NCBI RefSeq assembly: GCF_964204645.1
Contig: NC_134032.1
Location: 12,388,275 to 12,452,274 of the forward strand
Source: Tubulanus polymorphus
Taxonomy: Eukaryota > Animalia > Nemertea
DNA: 64,000 nucleotides
Direction: 5' to 3'
Below are positions 1 through 12,700 of this stretch, one piece after another (within the stretch, counting starts at the first letter, position 1; each line of letters begins with the position of its first letter). Made by a program: the position numbers and the translations under genes. The notes beneath the pieces were generated by a model that was not told the origin of the DNA, made no database searches, and worked only from the letters and a program-made list of their open reading frames with translations.

Positions 1-740
1 CACGCTCGCAACAATCGAAATGTCACGCCTTGCCTCTGGCGTAACCGTGGTAACCCGATATCTCGGTGTCTGGAGGTTGTTAATCACGATGACCTTCGAC
101 TGTGTTTATTTGTCGTCGACCGGAGTCTCTCATTAATATCACATAAAACCGACCCGGGTGAAATGTTACTGAGTGCGCGTAAACCATTGATTCGATAATA
201 TCACTTGATTACTGATTCAGTTATAAGGAAGCGGCAATGATAACATTGGTCTCGTTACTGGTAGCGTTTGAGATTAGTTTAACAGCCTCGGTATATGTAT
301 GTACACGATATATATGGAAAGAGTGACAGAGGGTCCAGATTAACCCCCTCCCCCTGGATTGCCGATAAATTTAAATTTTAAATTTTGTTCTGTTTTGATT
401 ACACAATAAGACTAGTATAATTATAGCCTAGTAAAAGGAAAATTTAGTCAGGGATCAGGGATTTTCATTCACGTTGGATAATCGCCTGGTATCTGGAGCG
501 ATGGTAATGCCTAAATCTAGGGACATTGGACTCAGCAAGCCGACAATCCAAATCGAATATAGATCCAGTTCCACAGTTGTGAGTTACAGTTGGGAATTAG
601 TTCATTTTCAATGTATGAACTCGAGTCAAAACTTCACTTCAAAGCTGTGGAACTCGACCCAGAGCGTTCTGAATTCTTGTAGAATTGAAGCGAAGATGAT
701 TTTAACTAACGTAAATTTTTTTATTTTATGAAATTTCTAG

Positions 741-3700
741 AACATGCCGTGTCTCAACCGATTAATATGGTACAGCGGCGGCCGGGTAGCTTCCCGAGCA
801 GCGAGGCGAACAACGTGCTGTCACCGCGCTCGTCTGAAGCTAGCGCGCTCGGCGTAAACATGGTCGAATACGTGCTGGGTTCGCCGTCGAGTAAAGAGAT
901 CGACCGCATGAGAATGAAGGGCTACGTAAGTATCTGTTAACCGATTAACCCTGTCAAACTCGAGGCTTAGAATTAAGGCCAGTTTTTATTCGATAGCCGA
1001 TCTAACAACTTTAAGACTAGTCTTTAAAATTTTCCATTGCTATTCGATTTTAAGACCTCGGCCAGTTCCGTTGGTCGCCTTTAAATTTGAATCAATGGTT
1101 ATTGAATCAGTCATATTGAATCAATACTTAAAATGAGTTAATACGTAGTCAGGCGTTATACCCGGAACCTGTGGAGCTGGCTTCAGTCTTCATTAAACCA
1201 CATGAGTTCCCTTGAATACGTTGTTATGTATATAAGCTGCAACTGGGTCAGTGCAGTCCGGTTATTCAGTCGAACTGTTCTACAAATCAGGCTTGTGGAG
1301 TGTAACTGCCGAGTTAGCTTAAACTATTGTTGAATTTGCTTGAACTACAGTTGAATTGACCTCAGTTTAAATGGAAAATTAATTCCACAGCGTGGTGTAG
1401 GGCCGAATTTGATTTTAAAACCTAAAGCTGTTTTCTTTGGTATGATGACAATTTGATCAGTTATACAGAGCCATCTATTGGCGATGAAAGTATAGTATTC
1501 GTACTGTCTGACCATAAGACCGATACATCAATGGTTATTGAATCAGTTAACTTTCAATTAATTCATGTAAAATCTTACTTGGAAGTGTAGAGCTGGCTTC
1601 AGTCTTCATAAAACCACCTGAGTCTTGAATACCTTGTTATGTATGTAAGCTACAACTGGGTCAGTTCAATCTAATTGGTCAGTCCAACAGTTCTGTGGAT
1701 TAGACCAGAGTAAACTTAAATTACTGTTGAATTGACCTGAGTTTAATAGGAAAATTAACTGGTTGCTCCCAGCGCGTAGGTCGGAATTTTAATTTTAAAA
1801 CCCAAAACTGTTATGTTTGGTATGATGACAATTTGATCAGTTATACAGAGCCATCTATTGGCGATGAAAGTATAGTATTCGTACTGTCTGACCATGTGAC
1901 CGATACATCAACATACAAAATAGATAAAATGTATCTTAAACATCTTGAGTCGAAAATCATGGACATCAGTTTAGATAGTTAACCTGAACGAACCAAACAA
2001 TTAGTAAAACTGTTTCGTTTTTTGCTCGTATAGGTACCGCAAGTGCAGGGCGATCCGAATCACCCGAAAGTCGACATCAAACAAGGCAAACCGCCTTCGC
2101 CGTTCGAGCCCGATAAAAACGTCGTGGACGTCAAAGAGACGAATGGTATGATACAGAACGGCGTCGACGATGATAAAGTTTACAGGTGAGAACACGAGAA
2201 ATTATTATTCATTAGGGTTCCTGCATATCTGGGAAAATCATGGAATTCTTTGGACTCTCCTCTTGTGTAAGTGGTACAAGGAACCTCTGGAATAGTCACC
2301 AGTGAGGATATCTTTGTTTAAACCAGGGAATTTTTGGTCAAGGGTCATTGAAAATCGGGAAAATATCATAGGATTTTGTATTCTCTGACCTGTTTGAGCG
2401 CTGATTCATGTGTAGGGTGTGCCAATCGAAATTCAGATTCAACTGACCCGAATTAAGAGAATTGACCTAGATAAATTTACCTATTTGATGAATTTCCGTT
2501 TTTAGGTCACAACCGCAGCAGGTTCAGCCCGGTAAATATATGGTCGCCCAGCCGGCGTTCTGTCTGGTAACTAGGCCGCATCCGGGAGCGCCAGGTGGCG
2601 CGGGCGGTAACAACGGCAGTCGTCAAACGTCGCCTCAGGATGACGAGGTCAAACAACAGCAGATGATCGAGAATCAACGATTGATGATGGGAGGCGCCGG
2701 TAAACCGGAGGATCTGCTGCAGGGTCAGCCGCAGCTGATGCAGCCCGGGTTACAGCTCGACGCGCCGCAGTTCGACCCACAGCTCGGCATCGACCCGGTA
2801 CAGTTCGATTATTCGAACCCGATCGTGCCGTCGATGGATAGCCCGAACTTCGGTGGAATGGACTATAATCAACAGGTTAGTTGATTTACTTATTCCTAGG
2901 TGGTGCTGTTTATCAAGAACGTGAGCCGCGTAAGGTTCTGAAGATGTCACGGAAAATCAGGCAGGGAAAACTGACAAATAATTCAAGGAATTAGAATTTT
3001 ATTGATGTCTTAAGTTTTCCGATGACACTTCTAATCTCTGGATCGGAACTAAGGCATTTTAGTTGGCGTTACTAGAATTGAGTGAATGATGACAAGTGAT
3101 TATGAGGAGAGCCATCTATTGGCAGTGATATGTACCTTGTATTCGTACTGTCTGACCTCTGTTAATCTTAACACGCAGGGGAGATAACTGTAGGAGGTGA
3201 CTCTAGGAGGTGGTTATCGTGGGGTATCAACCTCCTTAGTAAAACATTCGTACTTAAGTTGACGAATGCCTCGGGAATTGGGTATTGACCTCCCTGATAT
3301 TGTCTTCCTGATTTGAGATATTTCGTCATGAGCTATCCACCTCTACGCCTCCCTTAGGAGATATAAAAATCTCTGGTAGCTTGTAGGGTGCGTATTCTCA
3401 GGGGATCAAATAGTAATTGTACGTATGGTACCCGCGTTATATTGAATCTTATCTTTTTGCCTTACAGATGCAGATGCAGCGACAGCAACCGATCGCAGTT
3501 TTAACGCCGCAACAATATGCAGCTGCCCAGCAACAGCAACTCGGTAAGTAGAGCCACGACGCCTTCTATCTGTCGAAAACTTAACTAAAGATCTTCAAAA
3601 AAAAAAAAAAATAGAATTTGATGAAATCAAAGCATTAGATATTTTTCCTTAGAGGTGGGGGTTTATTTTCTAATAGTTTTTTCGTCGCTTGTATTTTTGG

Positions 3701-6700
3701 TTGTGCGGTGCGCATGCGTTTTACAACATTTCGAACTATCATCTACGCTATTTTTTTTTCGATCGAATGATTTTTTTTCGAAGATGCCATTCCGAATACT
3801 AGTACGTTCTCGTAGTTCTTCGCTGGAATTTGAAACGGAGAATAATTCATTTCGACGAATTGAATTCGGGTGCTACAGTATCTGCCATATGATGCAGTTC
3901 GGTGTCCATCTACTTAACCCACTGTTCTGCGTTTCGCGCACCTGCCCTATTAGACTGCCCAGGCTCTGTTCTGGCCTAGCTGCCTGCTTAAGTTGACTGC
4001 CCTGTTCAACCCTACTGCCCAGAGGTCCTAACCTTTACTGTTTCTGGGTCACTACCCACCCATGCTGGAGAGTTAAAGAAGGGACTTACAACTTAACCCC
4101 CCGTCCCCCACAATATTTCATCCCATCTGGCAGCGAAATATGAAGTACACATATTCCTTCTCACGTTGATAAGTTAATGTTAATTACTGATATAACTACC
4201 ATTGCGCTTCTAGAATAGTTACTGTACTCATTTGAGGGCTTTATTTCTTTATTTCTCCTAGAAATATGCCCAAAATCAATCGGATTCATTTCCAGTCCGT
4301 TCTCAATAAAACAACCATTTTCGATGCCAGTTTAATCTGAATTTGCGTTGAAAACTACTCCCTATAACTAATGACAGGTAGAAGTCAGTTATCGTGGTCT
4401 TCGAGTACAATTTACACGTTGCAGTAAATGCCGTAATTTCCGAGTGTCGGGAGTGTTCTCCGACTAGTTGATAGGTGGCGTGAGCGACCGTCATCATCTT
4501 GTGCAAATGCGCTGTCGATGATTTACAATTTTAAATGCATGGCTTCGTCGTTTGTTCTCCGTTCGTTCGTCGTTTTTCGTTTTTAAACGTTTTTCTTCTT
4601 TTTTTTTTTTTCTTTTTTGTTGAATGTGTTTTTTATTATATTCAATATTCACCGTGTTCTACTGTAGGAACGTCGTACGTTATCAATGCAGGTCAGGATC
4701 CGTACGCAGTCGGCATACCAGTCGCAGGTCAGATTATATTACATTTCACACCACTAGGTGGCGTTACTGTAGCCCGTACGTAGTGTAATAATCGGGTTCG
4801 CGCGCTTGCCTGCTCGGCATTTCCGTTAGAAGTCATCGGAAAGATTCGTTTTCCGATGCGATTTCTGGGCCCAGTTCCGCAGTCTTTGAATGATCGAAAA
4901 ATGAATTTATTTTTTGACTGACAAATATAGGCGGGTTTTGATTGAACGATTTAGGATTAGAAATTGGTAGAGCTTGTACTGGTTGCAATAAATGCTCCAG
5001 GGTCCAGTTCCACAGTTCTCAGTTAAGACTTGACCCTGGGTTAAAACATTGAAAATGAACTAACTTTAACTCAGAGTTAACTCTAACTCACAACTGTGGA
5101 ACTGGGTCCAGAAGAGTATTCCAGAATCAATGGAGGCAAATCAAAATCTGCCTTAGTCATCTAACTTGCAAGTCTTCCAAAATTGTGAATTATGGCCACG
5201 GCAGCATGGTCAGCGGGCCTCAGTTCGATAAATATAACTATAATTCTGACATGAAAATGTATTGAGAGTAACTAATTTGACTTGTAGAGTTAAAAGATTC
5301 TGACTTGATTTTGCGGAACTGGATTCAGGATTTAGGTCGTAAAAAATCGCGGCCAGGCGGCAACAAATTTACGAAGTCATTTTTCGAATAATAAAAGCCG
5401 AGCTTCGCCGTGCTGCTGAGCCGTAATCACAGTCAGCACTGTTTTCAATCGGGCCTCAGTAACGACACCTTGTCAGCAGTATTTTTATTTACATTCAATT
5501 GATCTTAGATTTTAAAAAAAGAATATTCACCTTAAACTTACATGAATTCAAACCGTAGATAAAAATTAAAATGATTTTTAAAATAATCGTAAATTTCTGA
5601 AACAATCCATACCTTAAATCAATAGTTATAACTGTTGTCATTTTTTTCTAGAATGAAATTAGTTCATTTTTCCGGGCGAGGGGTGGGGGGTGTCAGTAGT
5701 GACCGTTTAAAAGAATCCTCCTAGATCTCGATGTGTTGGTAGCGTTAGACTAGTCTCCTATATCTCACAACGTCCACCCGCGTCCTGTCATCGCGTCTCC
5801 TTATCATTGTCACGGTTACGATTGTTGTCATCCGAGTTATTGTTGTTGTGGTAAAACCAAAAATAAAAATTACTTAACAAATTCAAAATTTCAAAAAACA
5901 AAAAAAATTTTTTTTCTTTCCTCAAATATTCCCTCCTCTCTCGTTATGTTATGCTCTTTTTTATCTCTCTGCTTGAATCTTGGATTTTTGTCTGTAGGCT
6001 TCGTTTAATTTGTGTCGTATATATTTTGCGCTAGCTTCAATATCGGTGTGTGCTTTTGAACTGTCGCCCGCCTAATGCCGCTTCTAACGCCTATAGCTGA
6101 AAAAAATTATTTCCATTCTTTCGTTCAATTTTGAATTAGATTTTAAATTATTCGAGGGTCATGTTTTTTTTTTTAAAACTATTCTCGTTGTTCGTCGTAA
6201 CTTTTACGTAGTGTGCGTATCGTGCCAGTAGATGGCTCTGTTCTAGATTTTTCGCGTTTATTCGAGGTTTACTGACTGGTCGGGTTTTTTTCTTCGCGCA
6301 GGTCCCGCCGTCGTCGGTCCGCAGTATTACAGCGTACCGTGGGGTATCTACCCGGCGAACATCGTTCAACAGGGCCAGAACCCGCAAGGGGGCGTCCCGC
6401 AGCAACAGCAGTTGATACGCAATCAACAGGGACGACCGTTGACCCCGTCGCAACAGGATCAGATCGGCTCGCAGAATAACGGCAGCGTTCAACAGATTCA
6501 AACACCAGGTATGTGGTTAACGCCACTCAAGTGATGCGAACACCAGTAGCCATATTCATAAAAGCTTACTAACTTAGTTAGAGGCTAACTATAGGTTTTT
6601 TTTAACACCCTTTACCCGCCAAGCGCCACGCAGGGCATTATAAGCGGGTTCGATGTTTCTTTTTCCCAGTGGGGGAGAGACGAGAGAAGAACCTTCGACC

Positions 6701-9700
6701 AAGAAACTCCGTCGCCGCCAGGGTTTGAACCCATAAACCCTGGATCGACGAGACCAGTGATCGGCTGCTTTAACCACTCGGCCACTGCGTCTCTCAAACT
6801 ATAGGTAGTAAGGAACTTAGCAAGAAACTAGGCTTAGTAAAGTTTTATGAATAAGGTTACAGGTACTTCTTAGTCAACACACCCTCTTGTATGAGACACG
6901 ACACGTTCAATAAGAAGTGATTCTTAGTTTTACCATGGTAGCCTACAATGGACTTTGTTATGGATCCCCTAGCAATGGACTAAATCTTGGATCCGAAAAC
7001 ATTAGATCTCTGGATGTTGTTCGAATAATTTAACATGGTTTAACTGATGAAATGATTATATATTTGTTCTGTAGAGAATACGGTATATTTACCGGGAGCT
7101 GGTTATCAGATATTAGCGCCGGCGTACTACGACCAGAACGGACAGTTAGTGATGGGTAACGCTCGCGGTATCGGTACGCCCGTACGCCTCGTCTCCCCGG
7201 CTCCGGTTCTAGTAAGTGGCGCCGCCGGACAACAAGGTACGTAACTAAACTCGACCGGCACTAGAACATACGAAAAATTTGGCTCTTAGAGACTTCTTTG
7301 ATGGCTGCCCACTTCAAATCTCCGTATGTCATCGAATTATGAATTGAACATCCGACCTATACTGTCGTACCGATCGGATAGTGACCTCGTAGGGGGATTT
7401 ATGGATGCGGACATATTTACCGCAAAGGCATTGTCATACATAGGTGATTAAATGATATCATTGGGGGGGATCTCGGAGGCGGCCGTCATTTCGGAACAGT
7501 CTAAAGAGCCATCTTACGACGAACGCAATTCGTATTATATTCGCGCACAAATCATTTAGAATTCATGCATAATATTTTTAACGACGATCTTAACAAACGT
7601 AACGAAATATTCAATAGTGGAAAAAAATGTCACGAGCCGTATTTATTCGTCATTATATCATTATCATAATAAATGCACTTATTGCTTCGCACCGACTAAA
7701 TATATCGAACTCATTCATTTAAAGATGAGTATCCTCCCTCGGTTACTGTGGTTTAATAATTTTCATGAAAATTACTTTTTTTGTACGATACATTCAAAGA
7801 GCCTTGGGCTTAAGTTTTCATTTGAGATAATGACCCAGTTCCACAGTTACAGCTAATTTTAAGTCCCACTTGTATGTTAGCTTAAGTCAGCGGACAGTGG
7901 TTTCGCTGTAGTCCGGGGTCTGACAGTGGAACTGGGCAGGTGGGGTTCGGGGAGAATTGGACCGAGTTGGTTTTCTATTCGTCCGCCCGAGGATTTTCGG
8001 TGGTGTTTTAAATTCGCGGTATTGTTTTATTTATATGATTACAGCTTACACGGGAAACAGTAACCTTGGTTACACGTCTGCTAATAACAATTTATTAACG
8101 GCCGCCGGCAATAACCCGCAACAGACTGGTTATGGTAATAGCAATACACCACAAGGTGGCATAGGTTCAGGTATGCACCCCCTCGACCCCCTACCTAAGC
8201 TTTCTCTCTTTCACCAAAAAAAAAATTTTCAAGGTTTCGAAATATTTGGTCATCAGTCTAAGATAGTGAAGTTTAATTTCGAAAAATTATCGATTTCGTG
8301 AAAAAGCAGGGTGGCCACTTAACTGAAAATAAGGAAATTTTGTCAATGAAAAAAGCAAGAAGAAAGCTAAATGTCAATGAAATTCGTTAAGATTGCTGGA
8401 TCTCTCATAAAATCAAGTTTTCATCTTTGTCTTAGTATTTGACTGTGTTAATTGATAACATGCATGACAAGGGGGAGGGGGAAAGCAAGTCAAATAAAAG
8501 TGGCCACCCTGAAAAGCTTTTTGTGCTGACTGGGTTCGTGAATTAAAGCGATTCGAAAACTGAATCGAACTTTTTTTTTGTGAAATATAAGTCCATTTTA
8601 TGCGTGAAATATATATATTTTCACGTCGCACTTTATTCAGAAAATCGTCACGTTTTTAATATTCGATCATAACTTTTTACTAACACATACGACACCAGTA
8701 TAGTTATATTGAAATGCTTCATTTTAATCGTAACTGAACCTTTCACTTGAATCGCATCAGTTTTGTTAGTGTTTCGTATAAAACTGTTTCGGACGTTGAA
8801 AGGAAATAAAAGTTGCGCAAGTTCAGCTACTAGGACTGAGCTGTGTCAATTACTGCAATTCAGTCTTTATACACTTGCTACAAATAGATAACTGTTTTCA
8901 ATGCCAGTAGAATTTTATTTCTGACTTCAAATAGAGTGATTTCTTGTTCACTTTGAATGGAATGATTATTTTTCAAGCGAGAAGGGCTTGGTTTTATTGC
9001 GGGACCGTTAAATAATCAAACCACATGGCGTAGTTCACAGCCCAAAGGCCTAGTTTATCAAAAATGTTTAAGCATTATGGTTGAGTTATGCACTTGCGGC
9101 TTAGACTTAAGCGGCCATTCAAGTTCTATGGCCAATCCAAAAAAGTAAGGGTCGATTTAGGACCACATGGACATTTATTAGCTAGGCCCGAGGCCTGGTT
9201 TAACAGTCAGGCTCTTGAGTTTCTGAGTTGAACACAAAATATCTAAGGGAATGATTTCTCGAAAGTTTTTCTGCTTATAGGTTTCATCACTCTCGATATG
9301 AAGTCAGGAGATAAAATTTCTCGGGTATTTTTACCATAACTATGAAAATGACAATGTATTTTTCTCTGACCGGCGTGTACGTGCGTGTTCGTGTGGAAAG
9401 TCGGTCGGTCGTTAGGAATTCAAATTTAAAATCAACGTCTCCGTCGTTTTCTATCGGTAGAGTTTCTGTCTGGATTGTCGAATCGTCGCGACTCGCTGTC
9501 CGAATACAAACTGAACGAATTCAAACGAAGTCAGATGCCGATGAATCAGTACTACAATTCGATGGGAGGTGGTGCCAGCGGCTCGCCGGCCGCCGGTCCG
9601 ATGGGACTGGTCCAGTCGGCTCAGTCGTTGACGCCCCCGCCGTCGCTCAGCGGTTCAAATTCCAATTTGAGTCTCGGTGGAAAATGGTGGAGCAGCGAAG

Positions 9701-12700
9701 GTGCGTTTTTCGTCTTACTTAACAAAACAAAAAAAAAGATTTGTTCTTAACGTCATTTTTTGATTAACACAGTTTTTTTAACCGTAATTTGATTAAATTT
9801 TCGATCAAGTTTTAATTATTATATTCTATTCTATTCATTATGGACTAGCCAACATGGCTTTGTGGCTTCAGTTTCATTTAGAATTCGTCGATCTTTGGTG
9901 AAGATACGCTTTAATTTACGCGTAACACTGGAGAAGCCAATGCGATGATGTATACAATGAAGCTAATTCGATGATGCTAGAATTATAGTTTATACCAAAA
10001 TTGTTTTTCAGGATTAGGCGGTAGCGGATCGCGAGGTTACTCGGCAGCGCCCGGGGCCGAGGCTAAATACCGGGCCGGACTGACCAGCAGTAGCCCGTTC
10101 TTCGGTAACGGTATATTCAACACTCGCAACATGGCTCGCGGGTAAGTAATCTGAATCAGCAGCTCAATCTATTGAACCGAAACTGCAATCCAGCTCCTGA
10201 CAGCGACTCAAACGGCACGTTAGGCGTTTATATTGCGAATAGAAATAACGTCTATCTCTTACACCGGTGGCTCCATCTATTGAGTCTCGGGTGAACGTAT
10301 AGATACATAAATCCCCCTGGTGACGGAATTAACTTACAGTTAAACTCTCAGTGCTGATTGATTAATACCTGTTGCCATCTTTCGAAAGATATAAACTAAC
10401 ACCAATCCACAAAGATGCAGTGTACTTGCAGTCAATCTATACATCGCTCTGCGGTGTAGACTCACTGAAAGGGTTAATAGTAGTCCATATAAATGACCCT
10501 AATAGATCTCTGAAGATGGACCTGAATTGTCTTTGTTAAGTCTTCAATATTACGGGCCTTATTTACACCCCCTCTCACCTTATTAAAAACACTAGCAAAT
10601 CAGCAATCAGCAAAAAATATGTTAATTTGTTTTTTAGATCGAGTTTGTCGAAAGAGGTGACAGTCGGTCGCAGTCGATTGTTGGAAGATTTCCGCAACAA
10701 TCGAATTCCGAATCTGCAGCTGAAAGATTTGGTGAATCACGTCGTCGAGTTCTCGCAGGATCAACACGGCTCTAGGTAGGAGGACACGAGATTTTAAAAA
10801 AAATCGGGATGAGTTTCGTAGATAATCGGGGTTGAATAATCACTGGAAACATTTTGATATTTGCCATCATTGTGACTGTGGTAGTTGACGCTCGGGATGA
10901 GGATGACGGTTTACCTTGATACCCAGTCCGTGCAACGCAGCCCAGCAGTTCCATTCTCTGATATGTTCATGGTTCTTAAGAAACTGTCAACAAACAACCA
11001 AGGAATTAGGGATTTTTAGGTTTCACAAGTTTAGAACGGGTGAAGAATTTGGATTGTCGCAGGTGTTCTGAGAACCAGGGAAATTTCTGTCATCGGGTTT
11101 GGTGATGTTCATAGAGAATGAGATTTAATTAGCCAGATTTTGATTTGAGGTAGCAATGATTAATTCCGGCAAACTTCTAAGTGAAATTTTCTGAACTGCT
11201 TAAACAGACAACCAACTACATCCTCATGTGTCTAATGAGCTGACTTTATCGTACTCTGTCACCCTTGTCCAGTGCTTGATCCAATGTGCCCCTAATGACA
11301 GTATTAAAAATCTAGACAGTTGCAGGGAATTAAGTTTCGCGTATTTGATTCGTGTTTAGGTTCATCCAGCAGAAACTGGAACGAGCGACGCCCGCTGAGA
11401 AAGCGATGGTGTTCAACGAGATACTCACCGCCGCGTACAGCCTGATGACCGACGTCTTCGGTAACTACGTCATTCAGAAGTTTTTCGAATTCGGCACGCC
11501 CGACCAGAAACAGACGCTCGCTCAGCGAGTACGCGGGCACGTGCTGCCACTCGCGTTGCAGATGTACGGTTGTCGCGTGATCCAGAAAGCGTTGGAATCG
11601 ATTCCTCCCGACATGCAAGTTAACAAGGTACGAGAATTTGAATTTCGTAGATTTTCATCAAATGAATCCTAAATGTTGCTCAGCTTACATAGGTCAGTTT
11701 GCTTCGTGTCCGAGATCTGAACTTTAGGTACCAAGTTCTTATATATAAGTTAGTTATTGATAAATAGAAATTGGATGGATAAAATAGGAAATGTAAGGCA
11801 TTAAGTTTTTAGATACATTGGTTGTTGGGCCAAAATAGGTTCAGCTCGATCTTACCTTGAGTTCAGGCTGATGTAATACCTCCTAAATAAATCATTTCGG
11901 AATGAACTAGATAGAACCAGATAAGTGTATTGTATTTGTATGTTTTGCGTCGTTTAAAAAGGTTGAAATTGTTAAAGAATTGGACGGCCACGTTTTGAAA
12001 TGCGTCAAAGACCAGAACGGAAACCACGTCGTACAGAAATGTATCGAATGCGTCGACCCGAAACATCTACAGTTTATCATCGACGCTTTCAAAGGACAGG
12101 TACGTGCTGGTGAAATAGATGTATTGATATCTACAGTTATAATTGCATGAAATCTCAGACAGTTGGTTACAGCGTGCAAGGCAAACTTGTTCCAGTTTGT
12201 TGATATTTAGTTCATAGAAACCCTGATGATTATGATTAGAATTTCACACCTCGATTCGAACATGTGAGTTGTGATAGGAAGAGTATGAGGGGTGAGCAGT
12301 GAACTGGTGGATAAATGCCATGGTGACAGTTGAGATCCCATTCTTACCATGATGTTCATCTGCCAGTTAACTCAGCTCAGTCTGTCCAATATTATTTGTA
12401 ATAAGTCACTGGTCAGTTAGTCCCTGGTCAGCCTGTCACTGGAGTTGGTCAGACGTCACAGGTCTGTCAGTTTCTGTTGCCACTGACCAGCCTAATAGTG
12501 CGCTGGAGTCCAAAATTGACAGCGATCAGTCTTATACTGGTCACTCACTACTTAAGTGATGACTGGTTAACTGTATTTAGGTGCATGCGTTATAAAACCT
12601 GTTGCTCACTAGGTCAACTATCCACTGCTTAACTCATAAACAGTTTGAGCAAAAATGGCCCCAGAGTTTTTTCCATCTATTCAATTATTAACAGCCACTG

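Noticed and set aside
1468-1483. CTCF-like gagccatctattggc (also 1848, 3109)
   Set aside because: Better explained as the internal D'/C' hairpin of the SNORD41-like snoRNA.
6700-6796. tRNA gene
   Set aside because: A/B boxes only, followed by an unrelated body, A-tail and TSD; it is a SINE.
11153-11241. Additional C/D snoRNA (ATGATTA...CTGA...ATGA)
   Set aside because: Box-like words are present but there is no convincing guide or second copy.
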